Part shown: piece after piece, positions 35,835 through 44,905 of the stretch
Position numbering within the stretch: position 1 is the first letter of the stretch
How the letters are laid out: every line of letters starts with the position of its first letter
Origin: a virus
Taxonomy: Duplodnaviria > Caudoviricetes
DNA: 64,000 nt
IMG/VR virus record: IMGVR_UViG_3300020577_010873
Span: 9,989 to 73,988 of that record
Reading direction: 5' to 3' (one strand)
Translations under genes and position numbers: made by a program
The notes under the pieces: model-generated
Told to the model about the DNA's origin: nothing
The model's database searches: none
What the model saw: only the letters and a program-made list of their open reading frames with translations

Positions 35835-37417
35835 CCCACGCTGGCCTTCGAATGAGTCTCCGCCGTCTGCTTCCCCGACACGATTTCGTCCAGGGCGAAC
35901 ATCGAAATCGCGTAGCTCATGGCGTCCCACGCGTGCTTATGCTTCTGGCCCAACGCCACAGCCTCGTTGCGCGTCTCGCCTTTGCGCAGGCCGCGGAACA
36001 TATCCACGATGCCCTTGCAGTTGGCGCTTACGACGATCCGATTTTTCCGCAGCAGCATGGCCACGTAGTTCACGCGTTTCCGCACCCATCCCGGCCGCTT
36101 CACGTTCGCCGACCCTACGAGACTGATCCTCCCTTCGGACTCCCGGTACACCTCTGCGGCGTCGGTTAGCTCCGCGTCCTCCGGCAGATCCTTGCGCGAG
36201 ATCGCGGCCCTGAACTCGAAGGCGCTGCTGTCCGAGAAGTGGCGCCACGTGACGGGGAAGCCGGCGAACTTCTCCAGCGCATCCATCCGCTCCATCACCA
36301 TCTCGGTGAACTCCCCGATCGTCACCTCCTGCTTTACGCATACCACCTCGTCGAGAACGCGGAAGTGGACCTTGTCCCCCACGTAGACCGGCTGGATTGC
36401 CGCCCAGGCGTGGTTCACGTCGCCGAGGTCCCAGCCGCCGAGGAGAAGCGGAAGGCCACCGTCGACCTCGACGTTCATCCCGTTGTCCGGGGCCAACACC
36501 ACCCACTCGTTCTCGTCCCCGGACGAGATGTCCCCGAGGACGTGGGTGTTCGACCGGAAGGCGTTTCCGAACACGCCCTTGGTGGATCCGGCGATCCACT
36601 CGGACCCGATGTACCGGCGGTAGAGAATCGGGTCGTGCGCGTAGGTGGCAATCAGGTCCGCCTTTTGGTCCGGGTGGAGGTACGTGTTCGACTCGATGGG
36701 CATGCACATCCGCTCCATCTGTTCGATCACGCGCTTCTTCGCCGCGATCATCTCGGGCGTGAAGTGCTCCGGCCACTCGTTGTTCGTGGCCCACTCCATC
36801 TCCGTGAAGAACGGAGGGTACAGCCAATGATCTGGACCCTCGTCCGGAGGGTTCGTGTCGATCATCACCATGCGGTTCTCGAACGGGCAGGGACCGAACC
36901 GAAGCTGGGAAATCGCGGTGTCGAGAATCTGCCGGTTCTCCGCCATCTCCTCCGCATCGTCTCCTCGGTAAAGGTGCCCCTCGGAAATCCACACGCCACT
37001 CCAGACGGTGGACAGCAGCTTGTCCCGCGCCTCCTTCGCCTTCTCGATCGGGAACAGAACGAAGGTCGAGCGGGTGCCGTACTTGTTGAAAATCTGGCAC
37101 TGCTCGATCTTGCTGATGCTGTCGCGCCAGGGCTGACGCGCCCACCCGAAGTCCGCCTCGTTCGAACCGATGCCGGCGTTGTTCCAGATCCCGAACGTGC
37201 CCTCTGTGAACTCCGGCCAGATGCCGAAATTGCCCTGGCGGTTGGTGCGGGTGATGAAAGCCACGCGGGCCTCATTGTGCCACCCGTGGTGCATCCACGC
37301 CTGCTCGACACCGATGGTCTTTCCGGAGCATCGCGCCCCGTAGACCATGCGGATCCGCTTACGCTTCTCGTTGAGATACCACTGTCGTTGGAGGTCCGTC
37401 AGTGGGGGGAGCCACAC
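35825..37417 (-). CDS. terL: Terminase large subunit
   Basis: Walker A GARCSGKT, Walker B VWISE, motif DTNP; RNase H-like GWDLGD...DSSA...HAWDAMSY. Confidence 0.9.
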   Translation of the reverse strand: MWLPPLTDLQRQWYLNEKRKRIRMVYGARCSGKTIGVEQAWMHHGWHNEARVAFITRTNRQGNFGIWPEFTEGTFGIWNNAGIGSNEADFGWARQPWRDSISKIEQCQIFNKYGTRSTFVLFPIEKAKEARDKLLSTVWSGVWISEGHLYRGDDAEEMAENRQILDTAISQLRFGPCPFENRMVMIDTNPPDEGPDHWLYPPFFTEMEWATNNEWPEHFTPEMIAAKKRVIEQMERMCMPIESNTYLHPDQKADLIATYAHDPILYRRYIGSEWIAGSTKGVFGNAFRSNTHVLGDISSGDENEWVVLAPDNGMNVEVDGGLPLLLGGWDLGDVNHAWAAIQPVYVGDKVHFRVLDEVVCVKQEVTIGEFTEMVMERMDALEKFAGFPVTWRHFSDSSAFEFRAAISRKDLPEDAELTDAAEVYRESEGRISLVGSANVKRPGWVRKRVNYVAMLLRKNRIVVSANCKGIVDMFRGLRKGETRNEAVALGQKHKHAWDAMSYAISMFALDEIVSGKQTAETHSKASVGYA

Positions 37418-37773
37418 CGGGCCTCCTTTCGCCGATCGAGCGCATCGTCGAGTTGGGCTGCGAACTTCGCGATGGCTGCCTTGGTCGTCGGCATTTTGTT
37501 GGCAGCCAAGTGCATCTTCAACGCGACGTGGATCTTTCGGTCAGGGTAGGACCACCTAACCCGGGCCATCTGTTCTTCCGTCACATCCAGCCGCCAGAAG
37601 TCCAGGCCGCAGCAGGAGCAGAATTTATCCGCCAGCGCCACGCGCCACGCCCCCCACCCGTCGGCAATCCACTTCTGGAGCGTGCGGATGGGAATGCCGA
37701 TGGCCTGGGCGATCTGCGAGTTAGACTTCTGGCAGATCGCCCGCACCACCGCCGGATGGACTTTGGTGGGCAT
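37399..37773 (-). CDS. HTH protein, probable terminase small subunit
   Basis: SNSQIAQAIGIPIRTLQKWI helix-turn-helix; directly upstream of terL. Confidence 0.55.
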   Translation of the reverse strand: MPTKVHPAVVRAICQKSNSQIAQAIGIPIRTLQKWIADGWGAWRVALADKFCSCCGLDFWRLDVTEEQMARVRWSYPDRKIHVALKMHLAANKMPTTKAAIAKFAAQLDDALDRRKEARCGSPH

Positions 37774-39143
37774 CAGACGAAGTGGAAGCGCCCGCTGCCT
37801 CCAGTGGGCTCGGCGTTGGATGACCCGCCCCCGAGGGGGATGCGCTCGGTCGTGGGCGGAGGAACCACCGTGACCGTCGGAGACGGCGGCTTTGGTGGGG
37901 CGGCCGGTGCAGCGGGAGAGGGAGCGGTTCCGCGGGCGGCTTGGTAGATGCGCTGAATGTTCTGCTTCCCGTGGGCCAAAGCGGTGGCCATGAATGCCGC
38001 TGGCTCGTACCGAAATGAGAAGAACTGAGAACGCTTATCCGCCGGCAGCTTCTCGTATTCGGAACGAGGAATGAACTTGCGACCGTCCAACTCCACGGAC
38101 GATCCGGATGCCTGAGCCTGGGATGCCAGGGTTTCGAACACGTCGACCATCTGCAAGATTTCGGCGTCCGGCTGGAATGGCGAATTGGGAGTCAGGGACT
38201 TGGTGGCCCGCTCCGCCACGGACTTCAGTTTGACCGCCGCGGGTTGGGCCAGGGCATAGGCGAATGCGTCCTTTGCCTTCAGTTCCTCCAAGTTCGCCAC
38301 GCCAAACTGGGACACCACGTCGGTCTCGGCGATGATTCCAGCGCCCGCAGCCTCGCCTTCCAACCTGACCCCAAACTCCCGCTGCTCCCGCTCGCGGAAG
38401 ATTTTGTCGACCTTGGCCTCGGCAATCCGGTTGATCTTGATCTCGGTCTCAATCTGCTGGATTTCCTCCTCGTCGATGTTCGGCTTGTGCTGCTCCAAGA
38501 CCGCCACGTGCTCAGGAGCGTTCTCGTCGAAGTCCTTTCCAGGGTTGTTCTTGGTCCAGTTCTCCACGTAGTCGGTGTAGAACTTCGTGTACCGATCGTT
38601 CCCTCCAACGATGTCCTGCCCCTTGTAGTGCGGACGTGCGCTGGCGATCTTCACCGCCTCCCGGCGAAGCTCGAACGGGTCGTCCGGATTGGGCGTGGCC
38701 GCTGGCGGAGTTGAGGGCGGCTGCGTCTCGGTGGTCTGCGGCTTGATAGCCTCGGCGATCTTCTTCGCCAACTCATCGGGATTCAGCCGGTCGAGCTTCT
38801 TCGGTTCCCGCGGAGTCTCGGGCGCCGGGGTTGCGGGTGCCGCGGGTGCCGCGGGTGCCGCTGGTGCCGGAGGCGGAGTGCCGGCGGCGGGAGGGGCATC
38901 CGGAGTCTCGGGCGGCGGGAAGACCGGGTCGGGGATGACCGGGCGAACCGGCTCGGGGCTGCGGCGGATGCCGAAGGACGCCAGGAGTTCGCTGTCGCGG
39001 TCGTACGCCGAAACCCCTTGATAGAGGTCGGCCTTGTGGAAAACCGCGAACTCTCCGGAGTTTCCGGACGGTTGCGCGGGCGCTGGAGGCGGGGTGGGTT
39101 GAACCGGCTGAACGGGTTGCGTGGGCTGGATCTCGTCTGCCAT
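37773..39143 (-). CDS. Probable capsid scaffolding protein
   Basis: Pro/Ala/Glu-rich and helical; first gene of the head operon; start MADEIQP at 39143. Confidence 0.6.
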   Translation of the reverse strand: MADEIQPTQPVQPVQPTPPPAPAQPSGNSGEFAVFHKADLYQGVSAYDRDSELLASFGIRRSPEPVRPVIPDPVFPPPETPDAPPAAGTPPPAPAAPAAPAAPATPAPETPREPKKLDRLNPDELAKKIAEAIKPQTTETQPPSTPPAATPNPDDPFELRREAVKIASARPHYKGQDIVGGNDRYTKFYTDYVENWTKNNPGKDFDENAPEHVAVLEQHKPNIDEEEIQQIETEIKINRIAEAKVDKIFREREQREFGVRLEGEAAGAGIIAETDVVSQFGVANLEELKAKDAFAYALAQPAAVKLKSVAERATKSLTPNSPFQPDAEILQMVDVFETLASQAQASGSSVELDGRKFIPRSEYEKLPADKRSQFFSFRYEPAAFMATALAHGKQNIQRIYQAARGTAPSPAAPAAPPKPPSPTVTVVPPPTTERIPLGGGSSNAEPTGGSGRFHFV

Positions 39144-39182
39144 ACGCGCAAACCCATACACCTAACGCGCACCCCTTGTCAC

Positions 39183-39196
39183 GTTGCAAATGCAAC
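39183..39196. promoter_or_regulatory. Palindrome with perfect 6-bp arms, GTTGCA-AA-TGCAAC
   Basis: 40 bp upstream of the scaffold start. Confidence 0.55.
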
Positions 39197-39250
39197 CTGT
39201 GGGTTACTTGTGGTGGCACGTAGCCTACATGTAGTGGTTGGGTCCAGAAA

Positions 39251-39261
39251 TGTATTGCACC
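39251..39261 (-). promoter_or_regulatory. GGTGCAATACA motif copy
   Basis: Exact reverse complement of 41191-41201 and 54285-54295. Confidence 0.45.
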
Positions 39262-39680
39262 CCGAAGCCCGCTGGTGTTTCTTGTGAGCGTCCGTTCGCT
39301 ATAAGAGGCGAGTGGCTCGAACGACCGGTCCGGCCAGCGGATGGCAACGCCCCGGAAACCCTGCCAAGGGTCTCTTATCCGGTCGCCAATTTACCGAGCC
39401 CCGATTCGCATGCGTGCGGATCGGGGTTCTTCTTTCCCGGGCAATAAGGAGAGTCTCCGGGGGACCACATATGCCTCGGCGCCAAGCAGTCTTGTGCGGC
39501 CAATCGTGGGCGCCCAACGCTGTGCAAGCATGGAGCGGGCAGCACACCTCACCGCTTAATGGGCCACTGGGTGTCCAGTGGGGCCTCGGATGCCGCGAAA
39601 GAGCTAAGGGTTTACGCAGACAGCCACGCGCCCGAATACCGAGTGAAAAGCGAACGACGACCGACCGACGGTTAAGGTCC

Positions 39681-39720
39681 GTGAGCGAAGCCTTCCCCGG
39701 ATGGGTGGGCTATCGCTCAC
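39681..39720 (-). terminator. Long hairpin downstream of the integrase
   Basis: GTGAGCGA/TCGCTCAC outer stem plus AGCC/GGCT inner pairing; no clear U-tract. Confidence 0.35.
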
Positions 39721-39757
39721 TCCTCCCTCCCTCCGATTAAGGTTCTGGTTCCCCGCA

Positions 39758-40819
39758 TTACTTCCTCTCCTCACGTCCGTACCCCGCATCATGTGGGACA
39801 ATCCGCCAGAATTTTGCAGCCTCCTCCGGCCCGATCATCTCGTAGTAGTGGGAGAGCAACACCCTGGGGCTGTTGCCCATGTCGCGCGAGACCGTGTCCG
39901 CCGAATCCCCAGCGGCGAGGCGCATGCTCGCGTGGGTGTGGCGCAGGATGTCTTGGTCCCAGGTGATGCCGGCGGCGGTGGCCAGGGATCGGCGGGCCCG
40001 GCGAAGGGTCGAGTGGGACGAGACGATCGGTCCCGATTCCTGGCGGTCGAGCGACAGCCACGCCGGAGCCGGATCCCTGAGCCGCACGACCCTCCGACTT
40101 CGGACCTTCGAGGCCGCGGCGTCGATGACGATGCACGGGTCGCCCGAGAGACGCACATGGGCCCAGGTGAGGCGCGACGCCTCCAGCGGTCGAAGGCCGG
40201 CGAACAGCCCGAGAACCACCCATGCGCGGATGCGGGTGTCCGCCAGTTGGAGCAGACGGGCGCACTCATTGGCCGTCAGAATGCGCGGGTGACGGCGCTC
40301 CACCGTGATGCGTTCGATGAAATCGCACGGGTTCTCGCGGATCCAGCCGCGGCGCTTGCAGAAGGAAAAGAGGGAACGTAGCCGGCCGACGTTCGAAGCC
40401 ATGGTCGACGGTGATTCTGTTCGTGACGCGAACCACTCGTCGATCGCCTGGGCATTGATGGTCGAGACCTGTTGGGTTTCTCGACCCCGGCAAAACTGAG
40501 TGAGGTACTGGCGGAGGCTGGCGATGTAGGCCGGGCGCCGCTTCGCCGCCTCTTTCGCCCTTAGAACTGCGGACACGGCGGTGGAAAATCCGGGGCAGGA
40601 GCAGTGGGGCGGAAGTGGGTACAAAGTGATGAGTTGGCGCAGATCACGACCGGGTATCGGATCTTCCTGGGAACTACTTAAGCGCCGACCCACAATGCCA
40701 TTGTGGTGCTCTACCAACTGAGCTACGACCCCACTTGCCTCGCGGCGGTGGAAGTCAGCCATCTCGGCGAGAGCACTGTCAAGGCCATCATGGTCGGCTC
40801 CATCCACGTGATGCCTCAT
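39758..40819 (-). CDS. int: Tyrosine recombinase/integrase
   Basis: GLFAGLRPLE (R), ASKVRSRRVV (K), DILRHT (x-x-L-R-H, first His replaced by Asp), MGNS...LLSHYY (Y); SAM-like core-binding domain. Confidence 0.9.
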   Translation of the reverse strand: MRHHVDGADHDGLDSALAEMADFHRREASGVVAQLVEHHNGIVGRRLSSSQEDPIPGRDLRQLITLYPLPPHCSCPGFSTAVSAVLRAKEAAKRRPAYIASLRQYLTQFCRGRETQQVSTINAQAIDEWFASRTESPSTMASNVGRLRSLFSFCKRRGWIRENPCDFIERITVERRHPRILTANECARLLQLADTRIRAWVVLGLFAGLRPLEASRLTWAHVRLSGDPCIVIDAAASKVRSRRVVRLRDPAPAWLSLDRQESGPIVSSHSTLRRARRSLATAAGITWDQDILRHTHASMRLAAGDSADTVSRDMGNSPRVLLSHYYEMIGPEEAAKFWRIVPHDAGYGREERK

Positions 40820-40830
40820 CGCTAGGGTCG

Positions 40831-41103
40831 TTACGCAGCGAGAGGCAGGTTAAAAGGCAGCGTGAGCGTTTTGGCGCCACCGGCCTTCAGGAGCAGCACT
40901 TCGATGACCTTGCGCGGATGCAAGTTGTACTTGTCGGCCATGCGCTTCAACACCGCCTCCGCCTCCTCGCCGAACTGGCGCTTGAACATCACGCTGTCTT
41001 CGATGATGCAGGTTTTCGAGCGCCCCGACCGCTCGTAAATGCGATTGATTTCATCGACGACAGGGCGCCCCAATCTATAGGTAGTTGCTTTTTTGTTGGT
41101 CAT
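40831..41103 (-). CDS. Ribbon-helix-helix regulator (repressor candidate)
   Basis: KKATTYRLGRPVVDEINRIYERSGRSKTCIIEDSV fits the RHH pattern; start MTNKK at 41103. Confidence 0.65.
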   Translation of the reverse strand: MTNKKATTYRLGRPVVDEINRIYERSGRSKTCIIEDSVMFKRQFGEEAEAVLKRMADKYNLHPRKVIEVLLLKAGGAKTLTLPFNLPLAA

Positions 41104-41142
41104 ACGAACCTCGCGTTTGCCCAAGTGGGCCTTTCGATTCTG

Positions 41143-41170
41143 AATTTACGGCTATAACATTTGGCGTCAA
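41143..41170 (-). promoter_or_regulatory. Leftward sigma70-like promoter
   Basis: TTGACG-16 bp-TAAATT on the minus strand, upstream of 41103. Confidence 0.45.
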
Positions 41171-41184
41171 GTGGAAGTTTGATA

Positions 41185-41213
41185 TTGTCGGGTGCAATAC
41201 ACGGCTATACGTT
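41185..41213 (+). promoter_or_regulatory. Rightward sigma70-like promoter containing GGTGCAATACA
   Basis: TTGTCG-17 bp-TACGTT; ACGGCTATA direct repeat at 41148-41156 and 41201-41209. Confidence 0.45.
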
Positions 41214-41220
41214 AATTCCC

Positions 41221-41424
41221 ATGACGACGCCACACCCCAAAAAGGTCGGGCGCCCCGCAACAGGACGTACGAAAAAGGGCGCGTTCCTTTGGATGAGCAA
41301 GAAGACGGATTCGGACAGGAAGCAGATTGCCCGACGATTCCGGCTGACCCTAACCGATTCCGTTGCAGCCGCATTGGCCTTTGCCAATACCCACCCTGAT
41401 TTCCGCGGCGTGGTGCCGCAGTAA
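41221..41424 (+). CDS. Small Arc/Mnt-like RHH regulator (Cro analogue candidate)
   Basis: KVGRPATGRTKKGAFLWMSKKTDSDRKQIARRFRLTLTDSVAAAL; start re-assigned to ATG 41221. Confidence 0.6.
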   Translation: MTTPHPKKVGRPATGRTKKGAFLWMSKKTDSDRKQIARRFRLTLTDSVAAALAFANTHPDFRGVVPQ

Positions 41425-41430
41425 CGGAAA

Positions 41431-41454
41431 AGGCCCCCGGACACCCGGGGGCCT
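41431..41454 (-). terminator. Intrinsic terminator-like hairpin
   Basis: AGGCCCCCGG-ACAC-CCGGGGGCCT; the A-run on the left gives a short U-tract on the minus strand. Confidence 0.55.
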
Positions 41455-41492
41455 CCAACCCAAATCCCGCAACAGCCGAAAGCTACCGAACC

Positions 41493-42470
41493 ATGAACGA
41501 ATCGTCAACGTCGAGTATGGCTACTGCAACACAAGCAGAGCCGTCGTCCCAACAGGTGCAGTCCACCGAAGTGCAACCTACAGCACCGAAGGCCGTGGTT
41601 CCGATGGGAACGCGCGGTCTGGTGTTCGCCGATCTGGATGGACTGTGGCGCTTCAGCAAGTATGTCGCGGCGTCCGGATTGGCCCCGAAGGGCATCACCA
41701 CTCCCGAGGCCATTTTCGTCGCAATCCAGATGGGGCTTGAGGTGGGTCTGACCCCGATGGCCGCACTGCAAAACATTGCGGTCATCAACGGTCGCCCTTC
41801 GATTTGGGGTGACGCGCAACTCGCGGTTGTCCGATCCACCGGCGATCTCACCGAGTTTTCCGAATGGTACGAGGTGGACGGCAAGCGTCTTCCGCGCAAT
41901 CCCACTGCTTACCCCGACAACCTCGTCGCGGTGTGCCGCGTCCAACGGCGGGGATATGCAGCGTCCGAACAGTCGTTCAGCGTGGCTGACGCCAAGTCCG
42001 CAGACCTGTGGGGAAAGGTCGGTCCGTGGAAACAATACCCGAGTCGCATGCTGCGCATGCGGGCACGCTCCTTTGCCCTGCGGGACCAGTTTGGTGACGC
42101 GCTGCGCGGACTCCGATCGACTGAGGAGGCCATGGACGGACCCACGATTGAAGTCGAGACCGAGACCGTGGCTCGGAACATTCCACCCACCGAATCCGCT
42201 CCACCACAGGCGACGGTCAGCGAGCCCGCGCCGGCCGCGACGACCAAGCCCAAGCAGGCACGCGCGGCCAAGTCCGCGACGCCATCGTTCGCGCAGTGGT
42301 GCGCCGACCGTCAGATCGGTGAGTCCGATGCGCTGAATGCCATCCACCGCCTGTGGCCGGCGACCGAGACCATCGGGAGTCTGGACGAGATCGAGAAGAA
42401 CCACCCGGCGCAGGCCAAGTACATCGTGGAGCACGAGGCGGAGTTCATCGCCGAGGTGAAAGCCAACTGA
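41493..42470 (+). CDS. recT: RecT/Red-beta-like ssDNA annealing protein
   Basis: MGLEVGLTPMAALQNIAVINGRPSIWGD...WKQYPSRMLRMRARSFALRDQF. Confidence 0.85.
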   Translation: MNESSTSSMATATQAEPSSQQVQSTEVQPTAPKAVVPMGTRGLVFADLDGLWRFSKYVAASGLAPKGITTPEAIFVAIQMGLEVGLTPMAALQNIAVINGRPSIWGDAQLAVVRSTGDLTEFSEWYEVDGKRLPRNPTAYPDNLVAVCRVQRRGYAASEQSFSVADAKSADLWGKVGPWKQYPSRMLRMRARSFALRDQFGDALRGLRSTEEAMDGPTIEVETETVARNIPPTESAPPQATVSEPAPAATTKPKQARAAKSATPSFAQWCADRQIGESDALNAIHRLWPATETIGSLDEIEKNHPAQAKYIVEHEAEFIAEVKAN

Positions 42471-42621
42471 TTTCCCGCGGGTCACGTGGGTCGCACCAGT
42501 TTCGGGAGTGCGAGTGTCCATGTCCACGCTACCGGCACCCGAGCATACGCGGGCGCATCAGAGACAACGGGCCTCATCTCTGGCCGGGCAATCCCGAAAC
42601 CGAGGCCCAAACTTTCCTTCC

Positions 42622-43557
42622 ATGAAAACCGCAAGCATCGAATCCATCGTCAGCATCAAGCCTCATCCAAACGCCGAGCGCCTCGAACTTGCCACCGTGC
42701 TTGGGTGGCAGTGCGTGGTGAAGAAGGGAGAGTTCAAGCCCGGCGACCAAATCGTCTTCGTGCCGATCGACACGATTTTACCGAAGGAACCGTGGACCGA
42801 GTTTTTGGGAGACAAGCTGCGAGTCCGCACGATCAAACTCCGCGGCGAGTACAGCCAGGGCATCGTCTTCCCTACATCCATCCTTCCCGGTGGGCGAGTG
42901 TGGCATGAGGGATCCGATGTCGGGTGCGAACTCGGGGTGAAGAAGTACGAGAAAGAGATCCCGCTGGCGCTCTCCGGAACCCAACGCGGCAACTTCCCGT
43001 CTTATCTGGCGCCCAAGACAGACGAGGACAACGGTCTCTCGAATCCGCGTTTGGTCGAGGCGGTGTTAGCCAACCCCTGTTTCGCCACACTCAAACTCGA
43101 CGGGTCGTCCTGTACCGTCATCGTGCAGAACAACAAGATCAAACACGTGTGCTCTCGCAACGTCGATCTCGTGGAAGATCCTGGCAACGCCTTTTGGTAC
43201 GCGGCGCGCAAGATCAACTGGGGTGCTCTGCCTGGACAGTGGGTTGTTCAGGGCGAGTTGATGGGGCCTGGAATCCAAGGGAACCAACTCGGGTTGTCCG
43301 AGCCAACTCTGTTCGTGTTCCAAGTGAAGTGGCCGTGCGGAAAGTGGACTGCTAACGGCATCGGATTGCCCAACGAAGTTCCATTCCTTGGTCCGGCGCC
43401 AGCGACGCTCGCGGAGTGTCAGGAGATGGCGGACAGACAAGTGCTCCCCAGCGGAAAGCCAGCCGAGGGCATCGTTATTCGCCCAGTCGGAATGCCCTCC
43501 TCTGGGATCGGTCGGCCTTTGGGGTTCAAGATCATCAACCGGAATTACGGCGAATGA
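42622..43557 (+). CDS. RNA ligase, DRB0094/Rnl5 family (N-terminal OB fold + nucleotidyltransferase)
   Basis: IKPHPNAERLELA...KKGEFKPGD; motif I KLDGSS, SRN, QGELMGPGIQGN, EGIVIRP, FKIIN; start at ATG 42622. Confidence 0.9.
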   Translation: MKTASIESIVSIKPHPNAERLELATVLGWQCVVKKGEFKPGDQIVFVPIDTILPKEPWTEFLGDKLRVRTIKLRGEYSQGIVFPTSILPGGRVWHEGSDVGCELGVKKYEKEIPLALSGTQRGNFPSYLAPKTDEDNGLSNPRLVEAVLANPCFATLKLDGSSCTVIVQNNKIKHVCSRNVDLVEDPGNAFWYAARKINWGALPGQWVVQGELMGPGIQGNQLGLSEPTLFVFQVKWPCGKWTANGIGLPNEVPFLGPAPATLAECQEMADRQVLPSGKPAEGIVIRPVGMPSSGIGRPLGFKIINRNYGE

Positions 43558-44384
43558 ACCTCCCCACCCAATACACCGACGGCGAGCAAGGCGCGTTCGA
43601 CATCCCGTTCAACGCCTACCGCGACGCAGATGGAGTGAACAACTCAACGCTGAAGCTGATGTACCCCACCCCGGCGCACGTGCTCGCCCCACGCGACAAA
43701 GAGGAGGAGACGCCGGAGATGATCCTGGGTTCGCTCATCCATCGGGCAATCCTAGAACCCGAAGTCCCCCTCTCGCGCATCGCGATAAAGCCCGAAGGGA
43801 TGTCCTTTGCCACCCGCGAGGGAAAGGCGTGGCGGGCGCAGCGCGAGGAGGCTGGCATGCTCATCGTGCCGGCCAAGGACTGGGAGTCGCTCGGCGGGTG
43901 CGTCAAGGCCGCGGCGACGAACCAATTCATCCGCGACGCCCTGCGCGGGGCAATGACCGAGGTCAGCCTGTTCGCCCAACTTCCGACCGACACGCTGATG
44001 CGCAAGGCCCGGGTCGATGCGGTGCCGGTCGGGAACTACCTGGGGGACATCAAGACCGTGGAGGACGCGTCTCCCGAGGCGATGCGGAAGTACCTCGCCG
44101 ACCGCGGATACGTCCGTCAGGCCGCGTGGTATCTCAAGCTGTGGAACCATCTGTTTCCGAAAGACCAGCGCGACACCTTCGTTTTCTTCCTGCTGGAGAA
44201 GCGCCCCCCGTACCTCTCCGCCTGCTATCAGGTGAGCACCGAGGCGCTGCGCATCGCAGACGATAAGAACGAGGAGCAGTTCACGTTGTTCCAACGGTGC
44301 GTCGAGACCAACGAGTGGCCGGCGTACCCGCTCGAACCGCAGATCGTCGGCTTCAACCGCTGGACCACGAAGGAGAACCTGTGA
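43554..44384 (+). CDS. RecE/exonuclease VIII-like PD-(D/E)xK exonuclease
   Basis: LGSLIHRAILEPE...RKARVDAV...DIKT...YVRQAAWY; start at ATG 43554. Confidence 0.85.
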   Translation: MNLPTQYTDGEQGAFDIPFNAYRDADGVNNSTLKLMYPTPAHVLAPRDKEEETPEMILGSLIHRAILEPEVPLSRIAIKPEGMSFATREGKAWRAQREEAGMLIVPAKDWESLGGCVKAAATNQFIRDALRGAMTEVSLFAQLPTDTLMRKARVDAVPVGNYLGDIKTVEDASPEAMRKYLADRGYVRQAAWYLKLWNHLFPKDQRDTFVFFLLEKRPPYLSACYQVSTEALRIADDKNEEQFTLFQRCVETNEWPAYPLEPQIVGFNRWTTKENL

Positions 44385-44464
44385 AGCAGTGCCCCCCGTG
44401 CAATCCGTACGTCATCGCCCGACGGAACACCCGAAAGCCTTCGAACAAGCGAGGACTCTAATCA

Positions 44465-44902
44465 ATGAACGTCAACATCTGCATCATCGGCGGACGACTC
44501 ACGCGAGACCCCGAGCTTCGGTTCACGCCCAAGGGAGTGGCCATCGCAAACTTCGGCATCGCCACGAGTCGGAAGTTCAAAAAGGACGACGGCTCCGAGA
44601 ACGAGGAGACGCTGTTCCTTGACGTCACGGCCTTCCAGAAGCAGGCCGAACTCGTCGGCCAGCACTTCAAGAAAGGCAGCCCGATCTTCATCAAGGGACG
44701 CCTGAAGCTCGACCAGTGGGACGACAAGTCCACCGGGGCGAAGCGCACCAAGATCAGCCTCTTGATGGAGGAGTTCCAGTTCGTGGGCGGCAAGCGCGAG
44801 GAGTCTGACCCTGGCGCCGCACCCGCATCGCGAACGCAACCGAAGCCTACGACATCGCCGAATCCGGACGCGGCTGGTGAGCCGGACGATTGTCCTTTTT
44901 GA
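44465..44902 (+). CDS. ssb: Single-stranded DNA-binding protein
   Basis: GRLTRDPELRFTPKG...KKGSPIFIKGRL; acidic C-terminus DDCPF. Confidence 0.95.
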   Translation: MNVNICIIGGRLTRDPELRFTPKGVAIANFGIATSRKFKKDDGSENEETLFLDVTAFQKQAELVGQHFKKGSPIFIKGRLKLDQWDDKSTGAKRTKISLLMEEFQFVGGKREESDPGAAPASRTQPKPTTSPNPDAAGEPDDCPF

Positions 44903-44905
44903 TCC

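Noticed and set aside
38833-38868. 9-bp tandem repeat GCGGGTGCC
   Set aside because: Encodes the Ala-Pro-Ala linker of the scaffold; not a CRISPR or regulatory array.
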